This document shows, one piece after another, positions 40,248 to 54,625 of a stretch of DNA of 64,000 bases. Numbering within the stretch: position 1 is the stretch's first letter; every line of letters starts with the position of its first letter. Under the pieces are notes generated by a model. It saw nothing but the letters and a program-made list of their open reading frames with translations, was not told the origin of the DNA and made no database searches. This DNA is from Octopus sinensis (Eukaryota): the NCBI RefSeq assembly GCF_006345805.1, contig NC_043017.1, forward strand, positions 7,006,001 through 7,070,000. The letters are read 5' to 3'. Both the position numbers and the translations under genes were made by a program.

Positions 40248-40801
40248 GTAAGTAAATTAAAATTGTAAATGCTAACCACAAAAGTGGTTTCTAATTTAGG
40301 CACAAAGCCAGGTCAGATGAGGTGGAAGGGAGGATGGAGGTTATATGCCGTTGCACCACATCGCTGCATCAAGCATTTGTTGGTATGTCCCTGGGTCACC
40401 CCAGGCAACTCTCCAAGCAGTGTTGCTGTCAGTGTCCATCCCTGCGAAATACTTCCTCATCTGTTGTGGCCACGGAGTAGGTAAGCGAGCAACATGACAA
40501 GCCGTCAACCCAACCAGGTCCTCAGAGAAGAGGACATGATACACAGGACGCAGGTTGGAAAATTGAGAAGCATGACCAAACCAAGTAAAGTCGTAGTTGT
40601 GGCCGATGCCGGTGTCACATAACTGGCACCCTGTGTTGGTGGCACATAAAAGCACCTGTGCCGGATGCAGGTAAAACGTACCCATTACACTCTTGGAGTG
40701 GTTGCCATTAGGAAGGGCATCCAGCTGTAGAAACCATGCCAAATTAGATTGAAACCGGGAGCAGCTCCCTAGTTTACCAGTTTCAGTCAAACCATCCAAC
40801 C

Positions 40802-41357
40802 CAGTGGTTCTCATCTGGGGTTCATATGGCCACTAAGGATCTATATAAGATTTTTGGGTGTCTATGCAACAAAATAATAAATTGAAGACCCACAATAGTA
40901 TTTTAAGGGCCCCTGAGAAAATTTTGCTTTAGATGTATGTATTGGTGATGTATTGCAAGAAACAACCATGTTTCTTTACATAATTCAATCTACATGAGTT
41001 AATGTGTGGAGAACAAGAGAAGAGGTTTGAAAGAAATACCCATAACACTAGTTTTTAAACACCAAATGGCTGTGAGGATCCTACAAAATGAAATAGTAAT
41101 CAAAGGGGTCCATAGATTAAAAATGGTTGAGAACCCCTGCAATAGATGTATGTATTGGTATGTATTGCAAAAAAAAAAAAAAACCCTTCGTTTCTTTCTC
41201 TAACATTTTACGCAGTTCAATCTACACGAGTTAATGTGTGGAAAACAAAAGAGGAATTTTGAAAGAAGAATATATAAAACTAGTTTTTAAACATCAAATG
41301 GCTATGAGAGTCCTAAAATAAAATGGTAATCAGAGGGGTCCAGAGATAAAAAAATGG
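40802..41357. mobile_element. hAT-type MITE (40802-41139) plus a partial tandem duplicate, inserted in a family D copy
   Basis: TIRs CAGTGGTTCTCA...GTTGAGAACCCCTG. Family D sequence stops at 40801 and resumes at ~41353. Confidence 0.75.
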
Positions 41358-41411
41358 AAAGCAGATGCTAAACGATGATGATGATGATGATGATGATGAC
41401 CAAGTAGTTTA

Positions 41412-41630
41412 CTATTTCTTTACTACCCACAAGGGGCTAAACACAGAGGGGACAAACGGATTAAATCGATTATATTGACCCCAGTGCGTAACTGGTACTT
41501 ATTTAATCAACCCCGAAAGGATGAAAGGCAAAGTTGACCTCGGCGGAATTTGAACTCAGAACGTAACCGCCAACGAAATACTGCTAAGCATTTCACCCGT
41601 CGTGCTAATGATTCTACCAGCTCGCCGCCT
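41412..41630 (-). mobile_element. SINE B, full length
   Basis: TSD aagtagtttac on both sides. Confidence 0.85.
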
Positions 41631-43302
41631 TAAGTAGTTTACACTGAATCTCCTGATTTATACAAGTAACAAGACGCATCTAGGTTTCTGAGTAGAGTTG
41701 CTTGTCGAATATGAAATGCAGCCAATGGTGACCCATAATCCTGTGAATTGTCTTGGTACTGAAAGAGCTGAGGCAGCTCTGTATTTAGGCACAAGGCCAG
41801 CAATTGTCAAGAAGAGGCACATTGGTCAATACCATTGCACTTAGTACTTGAACTGCTATTTTATTTTATCAATCTCTGAGGCAGGGCTGTTTCAGTAGCA
41901 TTATAGGACCCCACGCGAATGAAAGTGCCTGGGCCCTGTAGCATTTATTTATTTATTGACAACAACCCACTGCACACATAGATCAGAATTGGGCCCTTAG
42001 ACCCGTGAAGCCACAAGGAAACTGCCCAGTGTGCCATACTTTAACCCTTCAGCATTTAAACCCCCCTCCTGCCCCTGCCAAAAATTTCAGGTCTTGTGCC
42101 TTTTGTAGAAAGGATTATTATTACTATCATTATCATCAGCATCAGCATCATCGTGATCACCATCATCATCGTTGTTGTTGTTGTTGTTATTGTTGGCCCA
42201 CATCACGCTTCAAACAACCAGACGTGTCTGATGAGATGTTCACACTTAACTTAAGTCATGCTTCACATATTTCACTTCCTTCCCTCACCCCTCTGTCTCT
42301 CCCCCTCTCTCTCTCTTTCTCTGCCTCTCTCCTCTCTCTCTCTGTCCCTCTTTCTCTCCCTCAACCATTTCCTGCTCAATCTTTATATAAATACTCCTCC
42401 TCTCCTCATCCTCTTCCTCTTTGCCTGCAAAACTCTTTCCTGTCTCAACACTTAAATCTACAACCATCAACACCTACCTTCCCACCACCACTACCACCAA
42501 CACTACTACTACCACCACAACCACCAACAACATCTCTACTGTCGCCATAACTACTGCCACTACTTTTGCTAATACCACCAGTACTACTACCAATACTAAT
42601 ACCGAGACCATCGTTACCACTACCACAATCATGACAACTACTACTACTACTATCACAACCACCAACCACCATCATCGTCATCGTGATCATTTTCATCATC
42701 ATCACAATCATCAATAGTATCATCAACACTGCTATGGTTTTCAAGCCCTCCCCTCTTCTTCCTTCTCCTCCTCCTCCTCCTCATCATCTTCATTACCTCC
42801 AGCATCATCATCACCACACCATTATAACTTATGATCAACATCCTCCTCCTCCTCTCATCATCATCATCATCATCATCATCATCACCACTACTGTCATTAT
42901 CATTGCACCATTATAATTAATCACCATCATCATCATCATCGTTATCATCATCAGTGTTGCTTCCTGAAATCTTGTTATACAAGCTGCAAGATAAGTTGGC
43001 CTTCTGGCCTAGCCTAGGTTGTGTATGTATGTAACATGTTTTCATACATAAACACCACCACCACCACCACCAACACCAACACCAACACCTCCATTGCCAC
43101 TATCACTATCACGCCCTACCCCCCCTCAGAGATCCTCTCCCTCTTCTCCCCTCCCCCCACTCTCCACTCCACCTCTGATACGGTACAACACTTGACAGAC
43201 TTGACCGATCCGGATGCTTGAGACTGTTTTATCCGCACTCACAGACAAAAAACAAACAAGAACAACAACACAATCAATCGTTTCTTGTAACTGGACTTGA
43301 AC

Positions 43303-43370
43303 ATGTCTCTGGCTTGCTGCCCGAACTGTGGTTGTATATGTCAACCCCCAGGTCTAGGGGACTGTATCAA
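43303..43370 (+). CDS. Candidate upstream coding exon of the STK33-like gene (MSLACCPNCGCICQPPGLGDCI+aa)
   Basis: Non-repetitive island with aacATG context and donor AA|gtaaga. The phase-2 end joins the 58976 acceptor in the kinase frame (aa|a AAT GCG GAA = K N A E...). No homology evidence is available. Confidence 0.4.
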
Positions 43371-43719
43371 GTAAGAAGCCCCTTCTATTACTTTCGTTTT
43401 TGTTTTTTTTTAATCTTATTCTTGACCCTTTGCCTGCCCTTCTGTAACAGAGCTCCCCAACCACAAGCCCACTGACCATGGATCATTTGGTACTGGGCCG
43501 CACTGAAAGAATAAATTTATGATTTTATTTCCATTTCATTGACTCTTGCAATCTGCAGGGGTTTTTGCGCTAAATATGTATCATGTGTGTAATATATGTG
43601 CAATATGTATGTAATAATTAAATTATATATAAGGTACTTTATTGTCTTTTATTATGCATGTGGTTTCCCGGTCTGTGGAAAATTGTCTGTGATACAAAAA
43701 GGGCTGGGAACTGTCGTGT

Positions 43720-44390
43720 ATCATGTGATACACAGGGCATATCTCCCTGGCTTCCAAACATCATACAGGATACACATTCCCAATTTTACCTATCCCGTTT
43801 ATCACTTGTGATATCCAGGACATATTTCCCTGGCATCCATGCATCATATATGATACACGTTCCCAATTTTGCCTGTCCCGTTTATCACATGTGATATCCA
43901 GGACATATTTCCCTGGCATCCATGCATCATATATGATACACGTTCTCAATTTTGCCTGTCTCGTTTATCACATGTGATATCCAGGACATATTTCCTGGAT
44001 ATCCTGTGCAGGTGGCACGTAAATGTGCAGGTGGCACGTAAAAAGCACCCACTACACTCACGGAGTGGTTGGCGTTAGGAAGGGCATCCAGCCGTAGAAA
44101 CACTGCCAGATCTGACTGGGCCTGATGAAGCCTTCCAGCTTCACAGACCCCAGTTGAACCGTCCAACCCATGCTAGCATGGAAAGCGGACGCTAAATGAT
44201 GATGATGATGATGATTTCCCTGGCATCAATGCATCATATTTGATTCACATTCCCGATTTTACCTGTCCCATTTATCACATGTGATATCCAGGACATATTT
44301 CCCTGGCATCCATGCATCACATATGATACACGTTCCTAATTTTGCCTGTCTCGTTTATCACATCTGATACACAGGACATATTTCCTTGAG
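43720..44390. repeat. 83-bp minisatellite (about 6 units) interrupted by a family D insertion (44004-44214)
   Basis: Unit ATCACATGTGATATCCAGGACATATTTCCCTGGCATCCATGCATCATATATGATACACGTTCCCAATTTTGCCTGTCCCGTTT. Confidence 0.92.
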
Positions 44391-45371
44391 ACTTATGAAA
44401 GGAAAGTTTTATATTGTTCAGAAGGTATGAAACAAGGCATAACTGAAAGTCTGGAAATAGGCATGGACATTTAGGACAAACTTATGAAAATGCTTGGGAC
44501 AGGCAAAGGGTTAATATCAGTGATTTTTGCAGAATCAGTAGAGCGTCTGTCAAAAATGCTTTGCAGTTTCTTATTTACATCTCTTTATATATTCTGATTC
44601 CAAGCCATGCCAAGGTTTATTTTGTCTTTTGTCATTCCTGGTGACAATTAATAAAATAAAATACCAGTTATGAACTGGGAACCAATCTTAATAAACTATG
44701 CAATCCCCCACCCAAACTGTATAACCTTATGCCAATGTTAACTCCCCGCCCTGCAGGTCTCTGGGGTTATATCAAGGAAGGACTCTTTTCTCTTAGTTTC
44801 GATTTATATATTTTCAGTTTATATTGAATTTGCAGAATCGGTAGAGCATTTGATAAAAAAAAATGTTTTGCAGTATTTTTTGTGACATCACAGAGTCAGG
44901 GAAGATGAGACCCTTCCACTTTTAGCATCTCATCTAAGAGACAATAACTCCATACAAACCCTGCGTTCTGATCACTACTTCGCTTGTGGAACTCGTTGCA
45001 CCAGACCAACACAAGTCTGAAGGATGAGAGAATGGGACAGGCTCTGCACAAACCATGTCCACCTTTAGTGGAGGCGTGTGGTTTAGTGGTTTGAGTTAGA
45101 TTGGGGTTTCAATTACTGGACCCAGCGATGCATTGTGTTTTTGAGCAAAACACCTGATAATACAGTTCTATAATTAAGAGATGAGGAATTATTTACATTA
45201 TTTACATTTGACAGATATTTGTCCTCATCTTGTTTGTCGTTAACACAATGGTTCAGCTGTTATACCCTCCAGCCTTCATCAAGTGTAGTGGGGAAATTTT
45301 GAACCTGGGTTCTCATTTGTAAGAGCATGGGCTACTAAGCCCAAGATTCTGAGTTTGATTCCAAGCAGTGA

Positions 45372-45429
<58 letters not shown>

Positions 45430-47578
45430 CAGTTGACCATATCCCTTATTGGCTGACGATATGTGCTTGTGCAACTTGTTCAGCAAACCAAGACACCATC
45501 ACACTTTATTCATGAGTCCAGTGGCAATGGGGGTAGGTAGAGGATACTACCAGAAGAGCCTTTAGCTTTGACCCTGCACACAGGCATTCATACAGTGAAG
45601 GAATTTCCAGCTGTGTCTTGTGAACCCTCAATCATTGACGCAACAAGAGAGTCCAACTACACACACACACACACACCAGGCTTCTTTCAGTTCTCTTTGT
45701 TACCTGGGGCTATAGTAGAAGACAATTGCCCAATGTGCCATGCTAAGAAATTAAGAAGCAAATTCTTACAAGACAACCACATCTGCACCTATAAATATAT
45801 ATATGTGTCTATGTATATATGTGTGTACATATATATATATACATATATATATACACACACTCTTTTACTCTTTTACTCGTTTCAGTCATTTGACTGAGGC
45901 CATGCTGGAGCACCGCCTCTAGTCAAGCAGAGTGGTTGGTGATAGGAAGAGCATCCCACTGTAGAAACTATGCCCAATCAGATTGGAGCCTGGTGCAGCT
46001 TACCAGTTTTCATTCAAAATGTCAAACCCATGCCAGCATGGAAAATGGACGTTAAATGAGAATGATGATGAGGATGATGGTAATGATGATGATGTGTATA
46101 TGTATATATGTGTGTGTGTATGTGTATATATATATATGTGCTTGCACATGCACACACACACATCATTCACAAACATGTATATTATATGCATGTATATTAT
46201 ATGCATGTATATCGATACATTTATGTAGAAGCGTCCAAATGTAAGCATCCTTACAAACGAGTGTTTGCATTATCACACAGACACATAGGTGGTGAACATA
46301 TTGTTTCCATAACTGTATCAACCTCCAACGTTGCTGCAACATATTTACAACATCACCGTCCTGGGTCATCTGATATACATCATTTTGATAAAAATCAATA
46401 ACTAATTGTGGTAATGGTCTACACTATATATAGACGTAATACCACCTATAGAGTATAAGTTCATACCATATCTATATTAACGCTCACCTTTGCTCCTGCA
46501 TCAGATATTCATATTGTACATGCTGGAGGATGTAGCTTTTATAATTTGACATAAGCCAGGCTGGCTGTGTGGTTAAAAAGCTGGCTTTGCAACCAACAGG
46601 TTCTGAATTCAATCCCTCTGCTCAGCCTCTGTATCGATCAACACCTTGTGAGTGGATTTGGTAAATAGAAAAGATTGTATGGATGATCATATATAAATAT
46701 ATGATAGTAATAACGATTTTAATGATTTAGTTTATAAATATTTTTAAATGCGCAGGAGTGGCTGTGTGGTAATTAGCTTGCTTACCAACCACATGGTTCC
46801 GGGTTCATTCCCACTGCGTGGCACCTTGGGCAAGTGTCTTCTGCTATAGCCTCGGGCCAACCAAAGCCTTGTGAGTGGATTTGGTAGACGGAAACTGAAA
46901 GATGGCCGTCGTATATATGTATATGTATTTATGTGTGTGTGTGTGTGTGTGTTTGTCCTTGTTTGTCCCCTCTGTGTTTAGCCCCTTGTGGGTAGTAAAG
47001 AAATAGGTATTTCGTCAGCCGCTACATTCTGAGTTCAAATTCCGCCAAGGTCACCTATACCTCTCATCCTTTCAGGATTGATAAATTCAGTGCCAGTTGA
47101 GTACAGGTGTCGATGGAATCAACTTGCCCCTCCCCACAAAATTTCAGGCCTTATGCCTACAGTAGAAAGGACATGCGTGACGTGATATTCTGATGTGTTC
47201 TCTGGGGTTTTATAGATAGGGAGATATCTCCCTTGCCAGTTGTTGTTAATTGTGCATGACAAGAGCTGATCATGGCTCATTGCTGCCATTGCAGTCTATT
47301 ATTTTCATGTTGTGGCAGCACACACCTTAGCCCTTGGTTCTGCTACTGTCTGCTCTCTGCTCTCTGCTGGCTAAAAGACCCCGTGCTCAGAAAATGCACA
47401 CCAAAATGAAATTGTTATTAGATCTGGTTCCACATGAAGTCTTGAAGGGTCAGTTTTTTTTTATGATTTTGGTAACATTTTAATGAATCCCCATCATTTT
47501 CTTTAGTTTTCTTTTTGGTATCAGATATAGGGATCTAGGTTCAATTTCTAAGTTTTGCTGTTGCTAAATATTCTTGCT

Positions 47579-47905
47579 ACATCATCATCATTTAGCGTCC
47601 GTTTTCCATGCTAGCATGGGTTGGACGGTTTAACTGGGGTCTGTGAAGCCGGAAGGCTTCATCAGGCCCAGTCAGATTTGGCAGTGTTTCTACGGCTGGA
47701 TGCCCTTCCTAACGCCAACCACTCCGCGAGTGTAGTGGGTGTTTTTTACGTGCCACCTGCACAGGTGCCAGACAGAGCTGGCGAACGGCCACGAACGGAT
47801 GGTGTTTTTACGTGTCACCGGCACGGGGCCAGGCAATGCTGGCAACGGACACGAACGGATGGTGCTTTTACGTGCCACCGACACGGGGCCAGACAGAGCT
47901 GGCAA

Positions 47906-47910
<5 letters not shown>
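47579..47910 (-). mobile_element. Family D copy with three 5' units
   Basis: Reverse complement of the family D core and units, with hairpin loops ctctgt and cattgc. Confidence 0.85.
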
Positions 47911-47948
<38 letters not shown>

Positions 47949-47954
47949 TATATA

Positions 47955-48162
47955 TATGTACTGTTGTACCGTTGGCGATTTTTTTTCCTCTGTCTTCCCA
48001 TCTCTGGATCTTTCCTTCTCCTATGTTTCCGACGAAGAGCTCCACTCGAAACATTAAACCCTCCTTCTTCCCTTCCTTCCTGAGCATCCAATAATACTAT
48101 ATTTGTTCCACGTCCTCGCATTGTTGTGTTTTCTCTTTGTGTTTTCATGTTTGGATTAACTT

Positions 48163-48165
<3 letters not shown>
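47955..48165 (+). mobile_element. H1 hammerhead-bearing element, copy 3 (motif 48025-48059)
   Basis: gttt-CCGACGA-a-gagc(tcc)actc-GAAAC-ATT-aaac; (TA)n on both sides. Confidence 0.7.
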
Positions 48166-48222
<57 letters not shown>

Positions 48223-48707
48223 GGTGTGTGTGTGCTCTTGTCTTGATATCACATGTTAGGTTTCACAGTCATACAGTGTGTCATTCCCTTCCAATATTTT
48301 ACTAAAGACAAAAAATGTTTAACCATGGAGAGATATTGACTTGCATGGAAACAGATGAGGGTTGGCAACTGGAAGGGCATCCAGCTGTAGGAAAATCTGC
48401 TTCAATAAACTCCAACTGACCAATGCAAGCATGGAAAAGAGAACGTTAAAATCAGTGATGAAAATGGTGATGATGATGGTGATGACGATGATCACACACA
48501 CACACACACACACACACATGTTTATATAAACATATACATGCAAACATTTCTGCGTGCCTATATTGATCTTGGGCATCACTTAGCAACCACACCTATGCGT
48601 CTGACAACAGGATTCCCTGTCATTGCTTACATTGTGAACCAAAACAGCTCGGTAATAGAGAAAGAGAGAGAGTGAGAGAGAGAGAGTGAGAGAGAGAGAG
48701 AGAGAGT

Positions 48708-48742
<35 letters not shown>

Positions 48743-49778
48743 TGAGACAAACAGACAGACAGAACAACATTGTTTTCTGTCGGTAACCTGGCTTCAGTGA
48801 AATCTACTGGCATTGCAATTAATACTTTGACTTTCCGCACGATGTGGCCTCTGTGTGTATGTGTGTGTGTGTGTGTGTGCGTGTGTGTGTGTGTACAAAC
48901 AATGTATGTTTGTGTGATCATGGTGCATCTTTGTGAACACTGTGTATGTGTGAGTATGTGTGTGTCTTCATTGTGTATGTGCATGTGTGAATGCAGTGTA
49001 TGTTTATGTGTACATGTGTGTGTGATGGTGTATGTGTGTATGCCTTCACTGTGTGTATGTGCATATGTGAATGCAGTGTATGTTTGTGTGTATATGTGTG
49101 TGTGATGGTGTGTGTGTGTGAGTGTGTGTATGTGCATGTGTGAATGCAGTGTATGTTTGTGTGTACATGTGTGTGTGTGAGATGGTGTATGTGTGTGAAT
49201 GTTTGTATGCCTTCACTGTGTGTATGTGCATATGTGAATGCAGTGTATGTTTGTGTGTATATGTGTGTGTGTGTGTGTGAGTGTGTGTATGTGCATATGT
49301 GAGTGCAGTGTATGTTTGTGTGTACATGTGTGTGTGTATGTGTGTGTGTGAGATGGTGTATGTGTGTGAATGTTTGTATGTGTATGTGCATATGTGAATG
49401 CAGTGAATGTTTGTGTGTATATGATGGTGTGTGAGTGTGTGTATGTGCATGTGTAAATGCAGTGTGTGTGTGTGTGTGTGTGTGATGGTGTATGTGTGTG
49501 AATGTGTGTATGCCTTCACTGTGTGTATGTGAATGCAGTGTATGCTTGTGTGTGTGTGCACAAGTGTTCTTGTGTCTCTACTATGTTGTGGGAGGCGGGG
49601 CGTGTGTTGAACGGTTTGTGTGACTCTCCACTGTGTGTGTGTATGTGTGAACATAGTGATGTCTGTATGTGTCTCTTGTGTGGACAGTGTGTGTGTGTGT
49701 ATGTATGTTTGTATCTGCTCTGTATGTATGTGTGTGGACACTATGTTTATCTGAATGTTTTGATGTTTGTGTAGGTAA

Positions 49779-49814
<36 letters not shown>

Positions 49815-50539
49815 CGTATGTGTGTGTGTATGAATACTGAATATGTATGTATGTATTTAGAATGAAATAACGTTCAGTTTATAATTATAATTATTATATC
49901 TAAGTCAATTATCAAATTAGAGTGTAGTGGTGGTGGTTGTGGTGGTGGCAGTGATGGTAGTTATAGTGGTGGTTGCAGTGATGGTGGTTTTGGCAGTGGT
50001 GGTGGAGGTGGGGGTAATGGCAGCAGCACTGGCTGCAGCAGTAACAGTAGTGGTAGCAGTGGTAGTGACAGCGATGGCTGCGGTGGCAGTGGAGGTTGTG
50101 GTGGTGGTGGTGGTGGTTGTGATGGTGGTGGTGGTGGTAGTAGTGCTGTTGGTGCTGCAGAAACGTGATAGTGATGACAGTGATGATGATGATGGGAAAA
50201 GCAATCAGGGTGGTAATGGTATTGTGATGATGGTGGTGGTGGTGGTGACGGTGGTAGCAGTAGTAAGAGGTGATGGTGGTGTTAGTGGTAGCAAGACTAA
50301 GAACCAGATGACCAACTGGCCTCTCATTGTCTTCCCGTGCACATGGTGCCATGCAGTGGAACTGAACCTGGAACTACATGTTCGCAAACCAAGCTGCTTA
50401 ACCACACGGTCATGCCAGTCAACCCCAGGACTATCCTTTTCAGTCCGGTACTTATTCTATCAGTTCATTTTGCTGAACCGTTAAGTTATAGGGACATAAA
50501 CAAACCAACACCAGTTGTCAAGTTGTGTGTGGGAACAAA

Positions 50540-50582
<43 letters not shown>

Positions 50583-51044
50583 GTCTGATGTCATGCAAAT
50601 GGCACCCATGCTGGTGGCACATAGAAGCACCTATTACACCTTTGGAGTGGTTGGCATTAGGAAGGACATCCAGCCATAGAAACACCATGCCAAATTAGAC
50701 TGGTGTCAGGTGCAGCCTTCCAGCATGCCAACCCCAGTCAAATCGTCCAACCCATACCAGCATGGACAACAGCCGTTAAATGATGATGATGATGATGACA
50801 ATGACGACAACGAAGGTCTTCCACACAGATTCCTTCTCCTAAATTCATTGACTTACTTTGGTCAGCCTGAGGTTATAGTAAAAGACACTTGCCCAAGGTG
50901 CTGTGCAGTGGGACTGATCCCAGAACCACATGGTTGTAAAGTGAACTTCTTTACCAATCCGGCTGTACAAATCAACCCTGGTACTTTTGTTGTTGTTGCT
51001 TTTTTATGTCTAGTAAGTACTTATCGTCTTAGTCTCATTTGCTT

Positions 51045-51909
51045 CATGTGATCATGAAGATTTTCAACCATCCATTCCTGTGTTACTAGAACCATGTCTA
51101 ATAGTGCAGAGTTTTTACTGAAACACATATGGCCTTCCATTGCACACTGTCTATTCAGGGCTTAACAATTATTTCCAGGACCTCAATGTAGGCAGCAGAG
51201 TTAACTCTTAAGGTCTTGTGGAAAGAAGTAAGGAGGCATCACATGTCCTTCATTGCTGATAACCCCTAATACCATGACAGTTGCAGGAAATTTTGTATGC
51301 ATAACACTTGGAACTTCAGAAGAGTCTGCACAAGGGTCAGAAGGGTCTGTTATTTCTTCTGTTAACTTTTTGATTTTGATCGAAGTTTTTCTTGTTTGAG
51401 AAAAACCAAATCAAATCTTCTACTAGATTTTTCAGTTTTTTTTTTCAGAGCCTTTTATATTTGATGTAGTGATTTTCTTTTGCTTTTTTTGGACAAATTA
51501 ACCTTTCCTCATCATGTAGACTTATATCTCATGTCTTCATGGACAACATTTCTGACTGTACCTTCTGACACATCTTTTGCGATTGACATCATGGACTTTC
51601 TGGGATTGTAATCAATGGTCTGTTGAACTTGCTGGATAAATTAAGGTGTTCTGATGATTTCAAAGCATTTAGAATGCTTTTTGTGCTTTCATACAGGGGA
51701 CATGTTCCCATCTTCAGTCTCTAGCCCCTTACAAACTTTGTAAACGAAAGATCTGGCAACTTTTAAAAATTGAGATATTTCTAAATCACTATACTGAGCC
51801 TTTATAACCACAATACCAGCATACCTCTTCGTTTCTTGAGTAAGGTAAGTTAGCAAATAAACAGCAATGACTCAAAAAAGGTTTGTCCTCAAATACCTTA
51901 TGCACCCTG
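51045..51909 (-). mobile_element. Tc1/mariner maT (DD37D-like) transposase pseudogene
   Basis: TA|CAGGGTG end. Reads SDLEISQFLKVARSFVYKV..IRTP..NPRKSMMSIAK..HTKFPATVMVLGVISNEG..MPPYFF..PYVFQ*NSA with many stops. Confidence 0.85.
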
Positions 51910-52531
51910 TATATATATGCATATATATATATTGGCCTGCTTGCTTAGCCAGCGGGGTGGCGTCGTTTCAAGGCTAAAACATTGTGAAGTGCATTGTGAC
52001 CAGCGATGTGTAGCAACATCTGATAGCCTGGTCGGTCACGGTGATATATATATATATAGTGTTTTTGCACCTACTGTGTGGTATCACAAGATCATGTGAC
52101 CAACAAGTTTATCAGATGTCGTTACACATCACTGCTCATAATGTGTTTTTGACTTGTTTTATCCTTCAACTGACGCCCCCTTGCTGGTTAGGCAAGCAGG
52201 CCAACATTCCCTGCTGATTGAAAGTGGGACTGCACCAACATGAAATGAAGTGTTTAGTGATCATGAGGGCAACAGTCTAATCACTAAGTCACATGAAAGA
52301 AATATCATTTATTTATGTATTTATATATATTTATTTATTTATTTGTATATATATATATATATATATATTTATAAAAGGGCTTAGTAAAATAAATTATATA
52401 ATGTAATAATTTGAATTCGCCTTACATGGTCCCTTTGCATACTGAATACTTGGTGAAATTGATTAATAATTAATTAATTTTACCCTCAATTGTTGAAATT
52501 ATATATATATATATATATATTTATTATTATT

Positions 52532-52570
<39 letters not shown>

Positions 52571-52702
52571 ATCAATATAAGGGTAACTGCCTCCTTTTTG
52601 GTGACTTTGCTGACGAGACAAGCCAAGCGTAAACGGATTTAATTTATTTAATTAATTTGATTGCGTGAAGATGTTGAAACCTTGCAGGGTACAAAGTTTG
52701 AA

Positions 52703-52802
52703 NNNNNNNNNNNNNNNNNNNNNNNNNNNNNNNNNNNNNNNNNNNNNNNNNNNNNNNNNNNNNNNNNNNNNNNNNNNNNNNNNNNNNNNNNNNNNNNNNN
52801 NN
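52703..52802. other. Assembly gap (100 N)
   Basis: Direct observation. Confidence 1.
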
Positions 52803-53620
52803 TTTCTACAAAAGCCATAGGTTTTTCTTGAGTATTTCTAAATGGCATGAATGGTTTGAATATTTTGTAGACATTATGAGATAGCTAGGGTATGGCTTTT
52901 TGTGCCTGCTACATGCTCATTCACATGACAATGGAAGAAATGCTTTTGTATAACAAATTTAAATATCGTTAAATTGGCTTTCAGATCCATTTCAGTTTTC
53001 TTCTGAAATGCATACAGTATAATCATTTATCTTTCACTTGCTGCAATCATTGGACTGTGACCATGCTGGGGCACTGCCTTGAAGGGCTTTGTCAAACAGA
53101 TCAACCGCAGTGCTATTTTTTAAAGTCTGATACATATTCTATTGGTATCTCTTGATGAACTGCTAAGTTACAGGGATGTAAACAGACCGAAACACACACA
53201 CACACATATTCTTTTACTTGTTTTAGTCATTTGCCTGCAGCCATGCTGGAACACCACCTTAAAGGGTCTTTTAGTCGAAGAAATCAACCCTAGGACTTGT
53301 TCTTTGTAAGCCTAGTACTTATACTATTGGTTTCTTTTGCGGAACTGCTAAGTTATGGGGTCATAAACACACCAACTTCGGTTGTCAAGCAATGATGGTG
53401 GGAACAAACACACACACATAAATACTTACATATGTGTGTATATATATATATACACACACAATGGGCTTCTTTCAGTTTCAGTCTACCAAATCCACTCACT
53501 TTGGTCGGTCAAAGGCTATAGTAGAAGATACTTGCCCAAGGTGCCATGCAGTGGGACTGAACCCAGAACCATGTGGTTAGGAAGCAAGCTTCTTACCACA
53601 CAGCCACACCTATATACAAG

Positions 53621-53651
<31 letters not shown>

Positions 53652-53789
53652 TGCTGCTGCTCGCTTAGCGCGCGGTGTGCTGGGTGGCATCATTTGAAGG
53701 CTAAACAACAAAAAAGCGCATTGTGACCAGTGATGTGTAGCAACATCTGATAGCCTGGTCAGTCATGTGATCACTGATAATATTGTATA

Positions 53790-53832
<43 letters not shown>

Positions 53833-54625
53833 CACCACCAATACCGGATATCTCTATATTTTTGCTCCATCTATACCGGATGTTTTTCTCCCACCACCAT
53901 TATAGGTGTCTACTCTTCGAACCCCCCTCCTCAATACACTATTTCACCATGCATTACCCTCTTGATATCCTACGTTCTACTTGCCTAAGAACTGTCATCA
54001 TTTCTCTGAACCACCCCCTCCCCACTGGTGCTCCCCTATATTTCTGCCCCCCCCCCCCCCCCCCATAAAAAAGCACCATCCGAACGTGGCCGATGCCAGA
54101 CCCCTCTGGCACCTGTGCAGGTGGCACGTAAAAAACACCCACTACACTCCGCGGAGTGGTTGGCGTTAGGAAGGGCATCTAGCTGTAGAAACACTGCCAG
54201 ACTAGACTGGAGCCTGGGGCAGTCCCTAGTTCCCCAGACCCCGGTCGAAACCGTCCAACCCGTGCTAGCGCGGAAAACGGACGTTAAACGATGATGATGA
54301 TGATGATGATGATGTAGGATAAAATTTTTTCGAAAAAAATTTTATCTATGGCCAGTATATTAAAAAAATACCTTTAAAGGTGAAATTTATAAATAAGGGC
54401 AAACAAAAAAATTTCTAATGCCAAATATGCCAAAATTAGACACCCTGTCCATAACCATATAATTTTTCACAATAATTTCAGCCCTAGAAACCATGACAAA
54501 TCATACTGGAACTTGGTGCGGCACTTCGGCTTACCAGTTCCAGGCAAACCGTCCAACCAATGCCAGCATGGAAAGCGGATGTTTAATGGTGATGATGATG
54601 ATGATGATGATAATGATATATATAT

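Noticed and set aside
52605-52645. CTGACGAGAC.. possible hammerhead
   Set aside because: No GAAA or consistent helices; the sequence next to the gap looks error-rich.
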